DNA of 64,000 nt from an uncultured Pseudonocardiaceae bacterium (GTDB lineage Bacteria > Actinomycetota > Actinomycetes > Mycobacteriales > Pseudonocardiaceae). Shown piece after piece: positions 1 to 11,964 of this stretch (position 1 is the stretch's first letter; each line of letters starts with the position of its first letter). The DNA is taken from NCBI GenBank assembly GCA_964250265.1, contig CAXUFG010000001.1, positions 305 through 64,304 on the forward strand, read 5' to 3'. The position numbers and the translations under genes were made by a program. The notes under the pieces were generated by a model that saw only the letters and a list, made by a program, of their open reading frames with translations, did no database searches and had not been told where the DNA came from.

Positions 1-1
1 C

Positions 2-1240
<1,239 letters not shown>

Positions 1241-1315
1241 GCGCCCGCTGCCGCGATCAGAACTGGATGCGATCCCCTTCACTGGCCGGACGGCGAGGTC
1301 TCAGGCCGATCCACT

Positions 1316-3100
1316 ATGTTGACCCAAGTCCCGACGTTGTTGAGGAATTCTATGGTCTGTCCGATCCCTGCGCGGCGCCTTGTCCGTGGTTTCGCTGTGC
1401 TGTGTGCCGTTCTCGCCGTTGGCTGCGGCACGACTTCAGCGCCGCCGACCGGCGGTGCTGCACAAACAGCTGGCAGCGCCGAATGGACGAAGCATGTCCG
1501 CGAGTTCGAGGATCGCTACTTCGCATTGAACCCGTCGTTCGCTGTCCAGCAGGGCCGGCATGAATACGATGGGCGCTTGCCTGATTGGACCGCGGCCGGC
1601 ATCCGAGCTGAGGCACAGTGGTTGCATGGGCAGCGCACACAGGCTGAGATGTTCGACCAGAATACGCTGAGCGCCAGCCAACGCTTCGAGCGACAATACC
1701 TGCTCTCGCGCATCGACACAGACCTATTTTGGTTGGAAGAGGCGGAGCAGCCGTTCACGAACCCGGAATTCTACCTTGGCACCCTCGACCCAAGCGTGTA
1801 TCTCACCCGTCCTTACGCACCCGCCGAAGCACGGCTCAGAGCTTTCATCGGCTACGCGCGCGCCGTGCCCACTGCCGCTGCACAGATCCGGACGAACCTG
1901 CGCACGCCGCTACCGAAGAGCTTCATCAAGTACGGCGTTGATGGTTTCGGAGGATTTCCGGACTTCTACCGTAAGGATGTGCCGAAGGTCTTCGCCCAGG
2001 TGAAGGATCCGGCGCTGCAGGCCGAACTGACCAGCGCGATCGAACCGGCTGCGCGGGCGATGCAGGATCTCGCGGACTGGCTCTCCAGCGGCAATCCTCA
2101 AGCCACCGAGAACTTCGCGCTCGGTCCGGCCAAGTTCGCCGACATGCTGCGGATGACCGAGCGCGTCACCACACCGCTCGCCGAGTTGGAGCGCGTGGGC
2201 CGCGCCGACCTCGACCGCAACAGCACCGCCCTCAAGCAGGCCTGCGCGGTATACCTGCCGGGTGGGACGATCGAGGCCTGCGTCGCCAAGGTAAACGCTG
2301 ACAAGCCTAGTGGCGGTGCGGTGGAAGGCGCGCGTGCCCAACTCGGCGTGCTCCGCCAGTTCGTCGTCGATCACGACCTCGTCGGCATTCCGGGCACCGA
2401 GCAGGCGCTGGTCGCGGAGGCGCCGCCCTACCAGCGCTCAAACTTCGCATACATCGACATTCCTGGCCCCTATGACAAGGGTATGCCTTCGGTTTATTAC
2501 ATCGCGCCGCCGGATCCAACGTGGTCCAAGGCCGATCAGGACGCCTACGTGCCGGGCCAGTCGATTCTGCTCTTCACCTCAGCGCACGAGGTATGGCCAG
2601 GACATTTCGTACAGTTCTTGCACGCGAACCGCTCTCCGTCCGAGTTCGGTCAGCTGTTCGTCGGCTACGCCTACGCTGAAGGATGGGCGCATTACAGCGA
2701 GGAGATGATGTGGGAAGCGGGACTCGGTAACGGAGCACCGGAGGCGCATATCGGCCAGCTCAGCGAGGCGCTGCTGCGCAATGTGCGCTTTCTGTGTGCA
2801 ATAGGTCTGCACACGCACGGCATGAGCATGGCCAGCTGCGAGACGATGTTCCGCGAACAGGCTTATCAGGATCCTGGGGGCGCCCGCCAGCAGGCAGCCC
2901 GCGGTACCTATGACCCGGGTTATCTCAATTACACGATGGGCAAGCTCATGATCCGCAAGCTGCGCGCTGACTGGACCGCGACCCACGGAGGGCGCACCGC
3001 TTGGCGCGCGTTCCACGACCAATTCCTGTCCTACGGCGGACCACCGATTCCCTTGGTGCGCGAGCAAATGCTCGGAACAGCGCAAGGGGACTTGTTCTAG
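1316..3100 (+). CDS. DUF885 family lipoprotein (metallopeptidase-like)
   Basis: 594-aa ORF with an N-terminal signal and lipobox LAVGC. It carries the HEVWPGHF motif characteristic of DUF885. Which in-frame ATG is the start is uncertain. Confidence 0.7.
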   Translation: MLTQVPTLLRNSMVCPIPARRLVRGFAVLCAVLAVGCGTTSAPPTGGAAQTAGSAEWTKHVREFEDRYFALNPSFAVQQGRHEYDGRLPDWTAAGIRAEAQWLHGQRTQAEMFDQNTLSASQRFERQYLLSRIDTDLFWLEEAEQPFTNPEFYLGTLDPSVYLTRPYAPAEARLRAFIGYARAVPTAAAQIRTNLRTPLPKSFIKYGVDGFGGFPDFYRKDVPKVFAQVKDPALQAELTSAIEPAARAMQDLADWLSSGNPQATENFALGPAKFADMLRMTERVTTPLAELERVGRADLDRNSTALKQACAVYLPGGTIEACVAKVNADKPSGGAVEGARAQLGVLRQFVVDHDLVGIPGTEQALVAEAPPYQRSNFAYIDIPGPYDKGMPSVYYIAPPDPTWSKADQDAYVPGQSILLFTSAHEVWPGHFVQFLHANRSPSEFGQLFVGYAYAEGWAHYSEEMMWEAGLGNGAPEAHIGQLSEALLRNVRFLCAIGLHTHGMSMASCETMFREQAYQDPGGARQQAARGTYDPGYLNYTMGKLMIRKLRADWTATHGGRTAWRAFHDQFLSYGGPPIPLVREQMLGTAQGDLF

Positions 3101-3143
3101 CTCGGGACAATCAGTTTTGGCTCCGAATGACGTGGCGGAATCG

Positions 3144-4016
3144 TCAGCGGACGCGTCCGCGGCGGAGTAGGTCCTGGAGTGCCGCGGCGGCCGGTTCGCA
3201 GTCTGCCGTCTCGCCGACCGGGTGCGATATGGCCCCCGGTACCACCGGCTGCAGGCCGTCGGCTCGGTAGCAGTTCACCCGTCGCCAACCACCGGTGTCC
3301 GGCACCATCAGCGCGGCCACCGGGCGCAGCCGCTCCGGGCGCAGCCGCACCGACCAGCCTTGGTCCATCAGCCGGCACAGCGCAACGGCGCCGCGCTCCC
3401 CCGGTCCGCGAACACCCCCGGGCAGGCCCAGCCCCGCCGAGGTCGGAACCAGCGCGAGGCTCGAATCGCTCGTCCGCAGCCAGGCGACCTCCTCGCGCAG
3501 GGCGCCCCCTCCATCGGGCCGCCAAGCGGCGAGCTGGTCGAGCAGTTGGGCGGGATCGTCGGCCCGCAGCAACGGCGCGCTCAGCAGACCAGCCCGATCC
3601 AGCGCGTCAAGCTGTTCGGCCAACGGATTGAGCAAGCCCGCTGGGTCAAGAACGCCGCACGGCTTGTCGCCCAGTCCCAGCGCCTGCACCGTGAGCAGCG
3701 CAAGAAGGTCGGCCAGTACGTCGATCCCACCGGGCAGCACCACGACAGCGTCGGACAGCAGCTGCACCAGCTCCAGTCGCTCAACCGGTCCGTCCACCGC
3801 GCGCCGGTCGACGGACCAGCTAACCGGTTCAGTGCCCCGAGGAAACACCTCCACGACGTCGGCTCCGTGCTCGAGAGTGTCGGGAGAGACCGGCACGGGT
3901 ATCCAGAGCACCATGCCCCAGCATCGCCGGTCCAGCTCCTTCCCCAACCGCCGTAGAGCCTCGTCGAGCGGCACCCCGCGACTCGGCCCAGGCCCCCCCA
4001 CTACACCAATCCACAC
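3144..4016 (-). CDS. Hypothetical protein: LOG-like (TIGR00730-type) domain fused to a degenerate Nudix-like domain
   Basis: ORF 3144..4415 was trimmed to the GTG at 4016 (VWIGVVGG...). LPGGIDVLADLLALLTVQALGLGDKPCGVLD resembles the LOG PGGxGTxxE region, but the Glu and the GGGxGxM motif are missing. The C-terminal LGLPGGVRGPGERGAVALCRLMDQGW resembles a Nudix box with RE/EE replaced. The start is uncertain. Confidence 0.5.
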   Translation of the reverse strand: MWIGVVGGPGPSRGVPLDEALRRLGKELDRRCWGMVLWIPVPVSPDTLEHGADVVEVFPRGTEPVSWSVDRRAVDGPVERLELVQLLSDAVVVLPGGIDVLADLLALLTVQALGLGDKPCGVLDPAGLLNPLAEQLDALDRAGLLSAPLLRADDPAQLLDQLAAWRPDGGGALREEVAWLRTSDSSLALVPTSAGLGLPGGVRGPGERGAVALCRLMDQGWSVRLRPERLRPVAALMVPDTGGWRRVNCYRADGLQPVVPGAISHPVGETADCEPAAAALQDLLRRGRVR

Positions 4017-4161
4017 GAACAGACACGTTAGTCCGAATGGCCGTCCTCTGGCACGACCGGAGTTCGACAACCCAGCATTCGACCGTAGAATCGGCCGCAC
4101 CTGGCCCCCGAGGGAGTGTGACGAACCCGGTGCCTGCATCAGCAACGCCTGGCTGTAGTAG

Positions 4162-5568
4162 GTGGCCGGGCCACTGGCCCGGCCACCCCTACTCACCGCG
4201 TTCGTGGCCGATGTGATGGATGTCCTGCGCAGCATCTGGGAGCTGTTCTGGGGCCCACTCGGGGGCCTATTCGGGTTGGCCGCGCTGACCGCTGGCACCT
4301 TCGTCTTCGTCGCGGGCGAATTCTCCCTCACCACACTGGAACGCAGCACCGTCGATTCGCATGTCCAGCGAGTCGGTGACCGCCGGGCGCGCCAGGTGCA
4401 GCATGCCCGCAGCACATTGTCTTTCCAGCTTTCCGGAGCTCAGGTCGGCATCACGATTACCACCCTGCTCACCGGTTACGTCGCCCAACCTGCCATCGCC
4501 GAGTTGATCCGGCCCGGTATAGCGGCCTTCGGGTTCCCCCTCAGCGCCGCGAGCGGGGTGTCCCTGGGGATCGGGTTGGCGCTAGCCACAGCGTTGTCGA
4601 TGGTGTTCGGCGAGCTCGTCCCGCAGAATCTGGCCATCTCCCGACCACTACAGACCGCCCGGCAGGTCGCTGGAGTGCTCAATGCGTTCTCCGTCATGTT
4701 CCGCTGGCTGATCTCCGCGCTGAACGGGGTAGCGAACTGGATTGTCCGCCGGCTGGGTATCGAACCGGCCGAGGACCTGCGCTCGGCACGCTCGCCGCAG
4801 GAGCTCGGTTCGCTGGTTCGCAGCAGCGCGCAGCACGGCACCCTGGACGAGGGAACCGCTACCCTGCTGGATCGCTCGCTGCGCTTCGGTGAACGCACCG
4901 CTGAGGAGCTGATGACGGCCCGGATGCAGATGGAAGCACTGCGCGCGGACGAGCCGGTGCTCGCGCTGGTCGACGCCGCCCGGCGATCCGGATTCTCCCG
5001 CTTCCCGATCTATGGCAGCGACCTGGACGACGTGCGTGGCGTGGTGCACGTCAAGCAGGCCTTTGCGGTGCAAGCCGGCAACCGCGCCACCGTCCGGGTC
5101 GGCACGCTGGCCAGCCAGGTCCCCACCGTGCCGAGTTCGCTGGACGGAGATGCGCTGCTCGACGCGCTACGCGGCCAGGGCCTCCAGGTCGCGATCGTGG
5201 TCGACGAGTACGGCGGTACCGCGGGCATCGTCACCCTCGAAGATCTGGTGGAGGAGATCGTCGGTGACGTCCGCGACGAGCATGATCGGCTGGAAGTCTC
5301 CCAGGTTCAGCCACTGGATGAGCAGAGCTGGATCATCTCCGGTCTGTTGCGCGCAGATGAGGTCGCCGACGCTGTCGGATTCGTGATGCCCGCGGGCGGC
5401 TACGAGACGGTGGCCGGACTGGTACTGGAACGGCTAGGCCGCATTCCGGACGCCGGTGATGAGATCGAGCTCGACGGGTGGCGGTTGACCGTGACGCGGA
5501 TGGACCGGCGCCGCATCGCCGATCTCCGGCTCACCCAGACTACCCTCGTCCCGCAGGTGACCCCGTGA
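4162..5568 (+). CDS. DUF21/CNNM-CBS-CorC_HlyC membrane protein (hemolysin-like, Rv1842c-like)
   Basis: N-terminal TM region ([16 protein letters not shown]), a CBS pair and a C-terminal CorC/HlyC-type domain. GTG start at 4162, with an alternative ATG at 4216. Confidence 0.8.
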   Translation: MAGPLARPPLLTAFVADVMDVLRSIWELFWGPLGGLFGLAALTAGTFVFVAGEFSLTTLERSTVDSHVQRVGDRRARQVQHARSTLSFQLSGAQVGITITTLLTGYVAQPAIAELIRPGIAAFGFPLSAASGVSLGIGLALATALSMVFGELVPQNLAISRPLQTARQVAGVLNAFSVMFRWLISALNGVANWIVRRLGIEPAEDLRSARSPQELGSLVRSSAQHGTLDEGTATLLDRSLRFGERTAEELMTARMQMEALRADEPVLALVDAARRSGFSRFPIYGSDLDDVRGVVHVKQAFAVQAGNRATVRVGTLASQVPTVPSSLDGDALLDALRGQGLQVAIVVDEYGGTAGIVTLEDLVEEIVGDVRDEHDRLEVSQVQPLDEQSWIISGLLRADEVADAVGFVMPAGGYETVAGLVLERLGRIPDAGDEIELDGWRLTVTRMDRRRIADLRLTQTTLVPQVTP

Positions 5569-6599
5569 GTGGCGCCGCGCTACTCGTCTCGCTGTTACTG
5601 CTGGCCAGTAACGCATTCTTTGTCGGTGCCGAGTTCGCCCTGATCAGCGCCCGGCGCGACCGGCTGGAGGCGATGGCCACAAGCGGGGTGGCGCGGGCTC
5701 GCACCGTGATCCGGGCCGGGGAGAAATTGCCGCTGATGCTGGCCGCGGCACAGCTCGGTATCACGATCAGTTCGCTGGTGCTGGGTTCGCTGGGTGAGCC
5801 AGCCGTCGCCCACCTGCTGGAATGGCTGACCGGCCCACTCGGGATACCCGACGCGGTGCTGCACACCATTGCCTTCGTCGTCGCGCTGGGCATCGTCACG
5901 GTGGCGCACATCCTGCTCGGCGAGATGGTGCCTAAGAACATCGCCATCGCGGGTCCGGAGCGCACCGCCCTGTGGATGGTGCCGCCGCTGGTTGCCTTCA
6001 TGCGCGTGACGCGACCCGTCATCGCGTTGTTCAGCCAGGCCGCGCGGCTGGTGTTGCATCTGTTCGGCGTAGCGCCCCGCGACGAGTTGGACAGCGCATA
6101 CAGTCCCGACGAGTTGGCCAACCTGATCGCCGACTCCAGCCGCGAGGGACTGCTGGACAGCCAGGAACACCGCAGGCTGACGCAGACCTTGTCCACAAGG
6201 GAGCGAACCGTCGCCGACGTGCTGGTCCCGATCACTGGACTGACCACGGTGCCCGCCGAACCCACTCTGGGCGACATCGAGCGCGCCGTGGCACAGACCG
6301 GTTTCTCCCGCTTTCCGCTGCGAGCCGGCAGCCAGCTGGTGGGCTACCTCCATGTGAAGGACGTACTGCCGTTGCTCGGCAAACCGCCGGACACACCGGT
6401 GCCCTCAAGCAGTGCGCGCCCGCTAGCCGAAGTGCCCGTTAGCGCCAGATTCGACGAGGCACTGGCCTTGCTGCGGCGCTCACGAAGCCACCTCGCCCGG
6501 GTCGTGGGCACGGATGGGAGCACTCAAGGGGTCGTCGCACTGGAGGACCTGGTCGAGGAATACGTGGGCACTGTGCGTGATGGGACTCACGTCTCGTGA
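5565..6599 (+). CDS. Second DUF21-CBS membrane protein (Rv1841c-like)
   Basis: ORF 5478..6599 was trimmed to the GTG at 5565, which overlaps the upstream stop as GTGA. The N-terminus is [31 protein letters not shown] (DUF21), followed by a CBS pair. Confidence 0.8.
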   Translation: MSGAALLVSLLLLASNAFFVGAEFALISARRDRLEAMATSGVARARTVIRAGEKLPLMLAAAQLGITISSLVLGSLGEPAVAHLLEWLTGPLGIPDAVLHTIAFVVALGIVTVAHILLGEMVPKNIAIAGPERTALWMVPPLVAFMRVTRPVIALFSQAARLVLHLFGVAPRDELDSAYSPDELANLIADSSREGLLDSQEHRRLTQTLSTRERTVADVLVPITGLTTVPAEPTLGDIERAVAQTGFSRFPLRAGSQLVGYLHVKDVLPLLGKPPDTPVPSSSARPLAEVPVSARFDEALALLRRSRSHLARVVGTDGSTQGVVALEDLVEEYVGTVRDGTHVS

Positions 6600-6622
6600 G
6601 CGGCGACCGGTACCAGAGCCAC

Positions 6623-9478
6623 TTACGAGCAAGAGCAAACGAGATTGCGGTCCCCGTGGGCCTGGTCGACGCGCCGTACCGGTGGCCACACCTTGATAGC
6701 TGTCCGGCCCATCGGATAGGCGGCGAGTTCCCGGCTGTAGGGGTGGTCCCACTTGTCGGCCAGGCAGCTCGCAGTGTGCGGCGCGCAGCGAAGCGGGTTG
6801 TCGTCGGCGGGCCACTCCCCCTCGGCGACCCGGGCGATCTCGTCCCGGATCGCGATCATGGCGTCGCAAAAACGATCCAGCTCAGCCAGGCTCTCGCTTT
6901 CGGTGGGCTCGACCATCAAGGTGCCAGCGACGGGAAACGACATGGTCGGGGCATGCAGCCCGTAGTCGGCCAGTCGCTTGGCGACGTCCTCCACGGTGAC
7001 GCCGGTCGTCTTGGTGATGGACCGCAGATCCAGGATGCACTCGTGGGCCACCAACCCATTACGGCCCGCGTACAGCACCGGGAAGTGCACCCCGAGCCGA
7101 CGCGCGACGTAGTTTGCGCTGGTCACCGCGGTCAGGGTGGCACGACGCAGGCCGGCCGCACCCATCATCCGGATGTATGCCCAGCTAATCGGCAGAATCG
7201 AGGCACTGCCCCACGGCGCGGCGGCCACCGGGCCTACCACGGCATCGGGGTGGGTCTCCGGGTGCCCTGGCAGGAACGGCGCCAGGTGGGCCCGCACCCC
7301 GATCGGTCCGACCCCTGGACCGCCGCCGCCGTGCGGGATGCAGAACGTCTTGTGCAGGTTGAGGTGGCTGACGTCGGCGCCGAAACGACCCGGGCGGGCC
7401 AGCCCAAGTAGTGCGTTGAGGTTGGCCCCGTCGACGTAGACCTGCCCACCGGCTTCATGCACCAGCTCGCACACCTGCGCCACACCCGGCTCGTATACCC
7501 CGTGCGTGGACGGGTAGGTGATCATGATAGCGGCCAGTTCGGCGCCGTGCTTGGCAATCTTCACCCGGAGGTCGGCGAGGTCGACGTCACCCTTGCGGTC
7601 ACACCCAACGACCACGACCCGCATCCCGGCCATCACCGCGGAGGCGGCATTGGTGCCGTGCGCGCTGGACGGGATGAGGCAGACGTCGCGGGCCGCCTCA
7701 CCACGGCTGCGGTGATAAGCGCGGATCGCCAGCAGGCCCGCGAATTCGCCCTGGCTGCCTGCGTTGGGCTGCATGCTGATCGCGTCGTATCCAGTCAGCG
7801 CGGCCAGCCAGCGCTCGAGGTCATTGACCACCTCGAGCAAGCCCTGCGCATCCTTGTGGGGCGCAAACGGGTGCAGCTGCGCGAACTGTGGCCAGCTGAT
7901 CGGCTCCATCTCTGCGGTGGCATTGAGCTTCATCGTGCAGGAGCCCAGCGGGATCATGCTGCGGTCCAGCGCCATGTCCTTGTCGGCCAGTGCGCGCAGG
8001 TAGCGCAGCAGTGCTGTCTCGCTGCGGTATGCCGAGAAGACCGGCTGGGTGAGGAACGATGAGCTCCGCCGTAATGCAGCCGGGATGAGGTCTGGAATTT
8101 CCCGATCGAGGACGTCCGGATCGGCCGCTGGTACGCCGAAGGCCTCCCACACCCTCCGGAGGTGTTCCCTGGTCGTGGTCTCCGCGCAGCTGATCCCGAC
8201 GTGATCGGCGTCGGCCAGGCGCAGATCGATGCCGGCCGCCCGAGCAACGCTCACCACGTCGACGGCCCGGCCAGGCACCCTGGCCAGCACCGTGTCGAAG
8301 AACGCTTCGGGCGCCACCTCCACACCGCCGTCGCGCAACCCCGCGGCGAGCACCGCGGCCATCCGGTGCGCCCGGTATGCGATATTGCGCAGCCCCTCAG
8401 CTCCGTGGTAGACGGCGTACATCGAGGCCATCACGGCCAGCAGTACCTGCGCGGTGCAGATGTTGCTGGTGGCTTTCTCCCGGCGGATGTGCTGCTCGCG
8501 GGTCTGCAATGCCAGGCGCAGCGCTGGTGACCCCTCGGCGTCGCGGGACACGCCGACCAGCCGGCCGGGGAGCTGACGCGCCAAGCTGCTGCGCACAGCC
8601 AGGTAGGCGGCATGGGGCCCGCCGAAGCCCAGCGGCACACCGAAGCGCTGGGTGGATCCGAACGCCACGTCGGCGCCGAGCTCGCCCGGCGGTACCAGCA
8701 GCGTCAACGCCAGCGGATCGGCAGCGACCGCCACCGCAGTGCCGCGCTGATGCGCCTGCTCGATCAGCCTGACATGGTCCCGTACCGCACCGGACACGCC
8801 CGGATAGGACAGCAACACGCCGAAGAACTCGCCCTCCGGGAGGGAGCCGGACAGGTCTGTGACGTCCAGCTCGATACCTAGCGGTTCCGCGCGGGTGGCT
8901 AGCACTGCCAGCGTTTGCGGCAACGTGTCGGCGTCGACGACGAAACGCGAGGAGGACCCTCGGTCCGCCCGGTGCAGCAAAGTCATCGCCTCGGCGGCCG
9001 CGGTGGCTTCGTCAAGCAGCGAGGCATTGGCTACTGGCAGACCGGTGAGGTCGCATATCATCGTCTGGAAGTTGAGCAGTGCCTCGAGCCGCCCTTGGGA
9101 GATCTCCGGTTGGTAGGGCGTATAAGCGGTATACCAGGCCGGATTCTCCAACACAGAACGGCGGATCACCGGCGGAGTCACCGTGCCGTGGTATCCCATG
9201 CCGATCATCGGCACTCGCGGATGGCATCGCGTCGCACGCTCGCGCAGTTCGGCTAGGGCCTCTACCTCGGTGGCCGAAGCCGGTAGCTCCGGGATGGCCT
9301 CTGGATCAGCGAGGGCGGACGGCAACGCCAGCCGCGCGAGCTCTTCCAACGACTGCACGCCGATGACGTCCAGCATCCGGGCGAGTTCGGCAGGGCGCGG
9401 CCCGATGTGCCGGTCGGCGAACGGAGTGCCGTGTTCCAGTTCGGACAGTGCGGGCCGATCGGGAACGTTCATCAGCAC
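6623..9478 (-). CDS. gcvP: Glycine dehydrogenase (decarboxylating), P protein of the glycine cleavage system
   Basis: 951-aa ORF with full-length collinearity to single-chain GcvP, including the two aminotransferase-like halves. GTG start at 9478, or ATG at 9472. Confidence 0.95.
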   Translation of the reverse strand: MLMNVPDRPALSELEHGTPFADRHIGPRPAELARMLDVIGVQSLEELARLALPSALADPEAIPELPASATEVEALAELRERATRCHPRVPMIGMGYHGTVTPPVIRRSVLENPAWYTAYTPYQPEISQGRLEALLNFQTMICDLTGLPVANASLLDEATAAAEAMTLLHRADRGSSSRFVVDADTLPQTLAVLATRAEPLGIELDVTDLSGSLPEGEFFGVLLSYPGVSGAVRDHVRLIEQAHQRGTAVAVAADPLALTLLVPPGELGADVAFGSTQRFGVPLGFGGPHAAYLAVRSSLARQLPGRLVGVSRDAEGSPALRLALQTREQHIRREKATSNICTAQVLLAVMASMYAVYHGAEGLRNIAYRAHRMAAVLAAGLRDGGVEVAPEAFFDTVLARVPGRAVDVVSVARAAGIDLRLADADHVGISCAETTTREHLRRVWEAFGVPAADPDVLDREIPDLIPAALRRSSSFLTQPVFSAYRSETALLRYLRALADKDMALDRSMIPLGSCTMKLNATAEMEPISWPQFAQLHPFAPHKDAQGLLEVVNDLERWLAALTGYDAISMQPNAGSQGEFAGLLAIRAYHRSRGEAARDVCLIPSSAHGTNAASAVMAGMRVVVVGCDRKGDVDLADLRVKIAKHGAELAAIMITYPSTHGVYEPGVAQVCELVHEAGGQVYVDGANLNALLGLARPGRFGADVSHLNLHKTFCIPHGGGGPGVGPIGVRAHLAPFLPGHPETHPDAVVGPVAAAPWGSASILPISWAYIRMMGAAGLRRATLTAVTSANYVARRLGVHFPVLYAGRNGLVAHECILDLRSITKTTGVTVEDVAKRLADYGLHAPTMSFPVAGTLMVEPTESESLAELDRFCDAMIAIRDEIARVAEGEWPADDNPLRCAPHTASCLADKWDHPYSRELAAYPMGRTAIKVWPPVRRVDQAHGDRNLVCSCS

Positions 9479-9481
9479 GAC

Positions 9482-9640
9482 CTCCGGACCTCGGGAAGGG
9501 CTTGCTCCTCTGGCGCCCGGGCAGCTACGGCCGAGAACTCTCCCGTGCGGGATTGGCGACTACGCAGCCAGCGTACAGGCGAAGGGAGCCCATCCCCGGG
9601 TGCCGGCATGCCGCTGTGACCGGCTACACAGCTGCATAAC
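9482..9640 (-). promoter_or_regulatory. Candidate glycine riboswitch in the gcvP leader
   Basis: The minus strand reads ...ACGGGAGAGUUCUCGGCCGUAGCUGCCCGGGCGCCAGAGGAGCAAGCCCUUCCCGAGGUCCGGAGGUCGUG. GGGAGAG and GCGCC-GA-GGAGCAA match the conserved glycine-aptamer cores. The 3' CUCAGGC-AAAGGAC block is only weakly matched, and the upstream half is not clearly a second aptamer. Confidence 0.45.
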
Positions 9641-9656
9641 CAAACACCCGGGAACT

Positions 9657-10334
9657 TCAGCTGATCCGGCGGGCTCGTCGGCGCTTGGTCAGCTCGTCCT
9701 CCGGAGCTGCCTCGACGTGGCCGCCATCGGCGCGCTCCGGGGGAAAACGGCTGATTGATCCGGCGATCTCTTTCATCGCGCCACTGACGGCGATGCCGAA
9801 CACTCCTTGGCCACCCTGCAGCAGGTCGACTACTTCCTCTGGAGAGGTGCATTCATAGACCGTGGTGCCATCACTGAACAGGGTGATACGAGCCAGGTCG
9901 TGCACTCCGCGACGGCGCAGGTGCTCGACAGCGACTCGGATGTTCTGCAGTGAGACCCCGGTGTCCAGTAGCCGTTTGACCACCTTGAGGACCAGGATGT
10001 CTTTAAACGAGTACAGCCGCTGGCTACCCGATCCTGAGGCTCCTCGAATCGATGGCGCTACCAGATTGGTTCGTGCCCAATAGTCCAGCTGGCGGTAGGT
10101 GATCCCGGCGATCTGGCATGCCGCCGGACCCCGATAGCCGAGCAGATGGTCGGTGATTCCGTGCGGATCGGCCAGGACGGAGTCTGGGAACAGGGTGCCT
10201 TGCTCGACGGGCCCGTGAGCCTCGGGATACTTGAGGTCATGCGCCGGAGTGTCCGCTGCGCCGCGCGGTCCATCGACCACCCATGCCTCCCACGCCGTGC
10301 GCGCCGATGCCCCGTCCAGTACGTGGCCCGGCAT
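9657..10334 (-). CDS. MerR family transcriptional regulator (Rv1830-like)
   Basis: ORF 9657..10448 was trimmed to the ATG at 10334. It has a MerR-type HTH (CQIAGITYRQLDYWARTNLVAPS...RLYSFKDILVLKVVKRLLDTGVSLQNIR). Confidence 0.75.
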   Translation of the reverse strand: MPGHVLDGASARTAWEAWVVDGPRGAADTPAHDLKYPEAHGPVEQGTLFPDSVLADPHGITDHLLGYRGPAACQIAGITYRQLDYWARTNLVAPSIRGASGSGSQRLYSFKDILVLKVVKRLLDTGVSLQNIRVAVEHLRRRGVHDLARITLFSDGTTVYECTSPEEVVDLLQGGQGVFGIAVSGAMKEIAGSISRFPPERADGGHVEAAPEDELTKRRRARRIS

Positions 10335-10501
10335 TATCTGGCGGCCGTTCCGGGGCAAATCACACCGGCGCGACTCACTGTGATGCTCGACGGTAGGCGC
10401 CACCGGGTGGTCGGTCAATACGACGCGCGGCAGAGCCCTCACCCTCAACTTGAGATCGAGGTCCGCAGTGCCCCATCCGGTGCCCGCACCGCGGCAGTCA
10501 A

Positions 10502-10975
10502 TCAGGTATCGGCTCCGCGGAAGTCCTCCGGGGAGACGGAGTCGAGGAACTCACGGAACCGCTCCACCTCGTTCTCCTGCTCATCCGGGATGATCAAACC
10601 AGCTTCGGAGAGCACCGACTCGTCGGCATGGATGGGAACGCCGACCCGTAACGCCAGCGCAACCGAGTCGCTCGGCCGGGCAGAGACCCGTACATTGCCG
10701 TCGAAGACCAGCTCGGCGAAGAAGGTGCCTTCCTGCAGCTCGGTGATCCGGACCTGCTTCAGCTGCCCGCCCAGCGCACGGATCACGTCACGGAGCAGGT
10801 CGTGGGTCATCGGCCGAGCCGGTTGCACGCCCTGCTGTTCCAGCGCGATGGCAGTCGCCTCTCCCGAACCGATCCAGATCGGCAGGTAGCGCTCGCCCTC
10901 GGTTTCCCTTAACAGCAGGATCGGCTGGTTCGCTGGCAACTCCACCCGGACCCCGACGACACGCATCTCGCTCAT
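10502..10975 (-). CDS. Bifunctional nuclease family protein (DUF151, Rv1829-like)
   Basis: MSEMRVVGVRVELPANQPILLLRETEGERYLPIWIGSGEATAIA is typical of DUF151. The position between two MerR genes is conserved. Confidence 0.8.
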   Translation of the reverse strand: MSEMRVVGVRVELPANQPILLLRETEGERYLPIWIGSGEATAIALEQQGVQPARPMTHDLLRDVIRALGGQLKQVRITELQEGTFFAELVFDGNVRVSARPSDSVALALRVGVPIHADESVLSEAGLIIPDEQENEVERFREFLDSVSPEDFRGADT

Positions 10976-11211
10976 CGCGTTGCGCCTCCCTCCCGGTGCA
11001 CCCTTTGGACCGGGCGCCTCGAGGACCGTCGTGCTCAGCGGTGGATGGCCGCCAGTTGCTGCTAGCCCTGTCGCGTCTCCACCATCGCTACCCTTGAGAC
11101 GCTACACGGGGCACCGTCCCGATGCCGAGTCCTGCGGCGGCCCAAATTCCTACGGTTTGCCTTCTCCTGGGCTCCTGGTGCTCGAGGCTTCTCGGTGGCC
11201 TGCCACCGGCC

Positions 11212-11964
11212 TCAGCTCCCGATGACACCACGCAAACCGATTTTGACCAGGAGGGCATGCAGTCGCAAGGACAGCATGGCCAGCTCCCGGACCACCTCAT
11301 CGGCGCGGGCCCGCGCGTCAGGATCCCGTTGCCGGCTCACTGGAGTGACAATTTGCGCCAGCAGGCCCACCTCACGGTCCGCCGACGCCCGGAAGGAACG
11401 CAGGTGCCGGGGTTCTAGTCCAAAATCAGTCATCGCTTGCGTGGTCCTAGCCACCAACACCGCATCGGTGTCGTAGAAGCCGGCCGGCCCCGGCCGAACC
11501 AGGCCGAACTGCTCGAGTTGAGTCAATACGGCCCTGGTAATGCCGGCCGCCGCGAGTAGCTCCTCCTGGGTCATCCGCGCCGTATCAGCTGCATGGAGGT
11601 CTTCCGGCCCTCCCCGTTCCGTCGCCTGCGGCCAGCGCTGGGCGGTGAGCCTTGCGGACCGTTCGGCGCATCCTTGCGGTGGCTGTTCGGGTTCACCCCG
11701 GTCTCGCGCGTCCAGATACTCTTTGATGACTCTCAGCGGGAGATAGTGATCGCGCTGGGCGGCGAGCACATAGCGCAGCCGTTCCACATCCGTTGCGGAG
11801 AATTGCCGGTATCCGGCAGCGGTGCGTTCTGGCTGGACGAGCCCTTCGGACTCCAGAAATCTGATCTTGGAAATGGTGACATCGGGGAACTCCGCCCGCA
11901 GCTGGGCGAGTACCGAGCCGATGCTCGCCCCGGTACGTTCGCCCGAGCGGCGCGGGGCCGTCAC
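11212..11964 (-). CDS. MerR family transcriptional regulator (Rv1828/FtsR-like)
   Basis: N-terminal MerR HTH (SIGSVLAQLRAEFPDVTISKIRFLESEGLVQPERTAAGYRQFS) and a second MerR-like C-terminal half. It overlaps the garA stop by 4 bp. Confidence 0.8.
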   Translation of the reverse strand: MTAPRRSGERTGASIGSVLAQLRAEFPDVTISKIRFLESEGLVQPERTAAGYRQFSATDVERLRYVLAAQRDHYLPLRVIKEYLDARDRGEPEQPPQGCAERSARLTAQRWPQATERGGPEDLHAADTARMTQEELLAAAGITRAVLTQLEQFGLVRPGPAGFYDTDAVLVARTTQAMTDFGLEPRHLRSFRASADREVGLLAQIVTPVSRQRDPDARARADEVVRELAMLSLRLHALLVKIGLRGVIGS

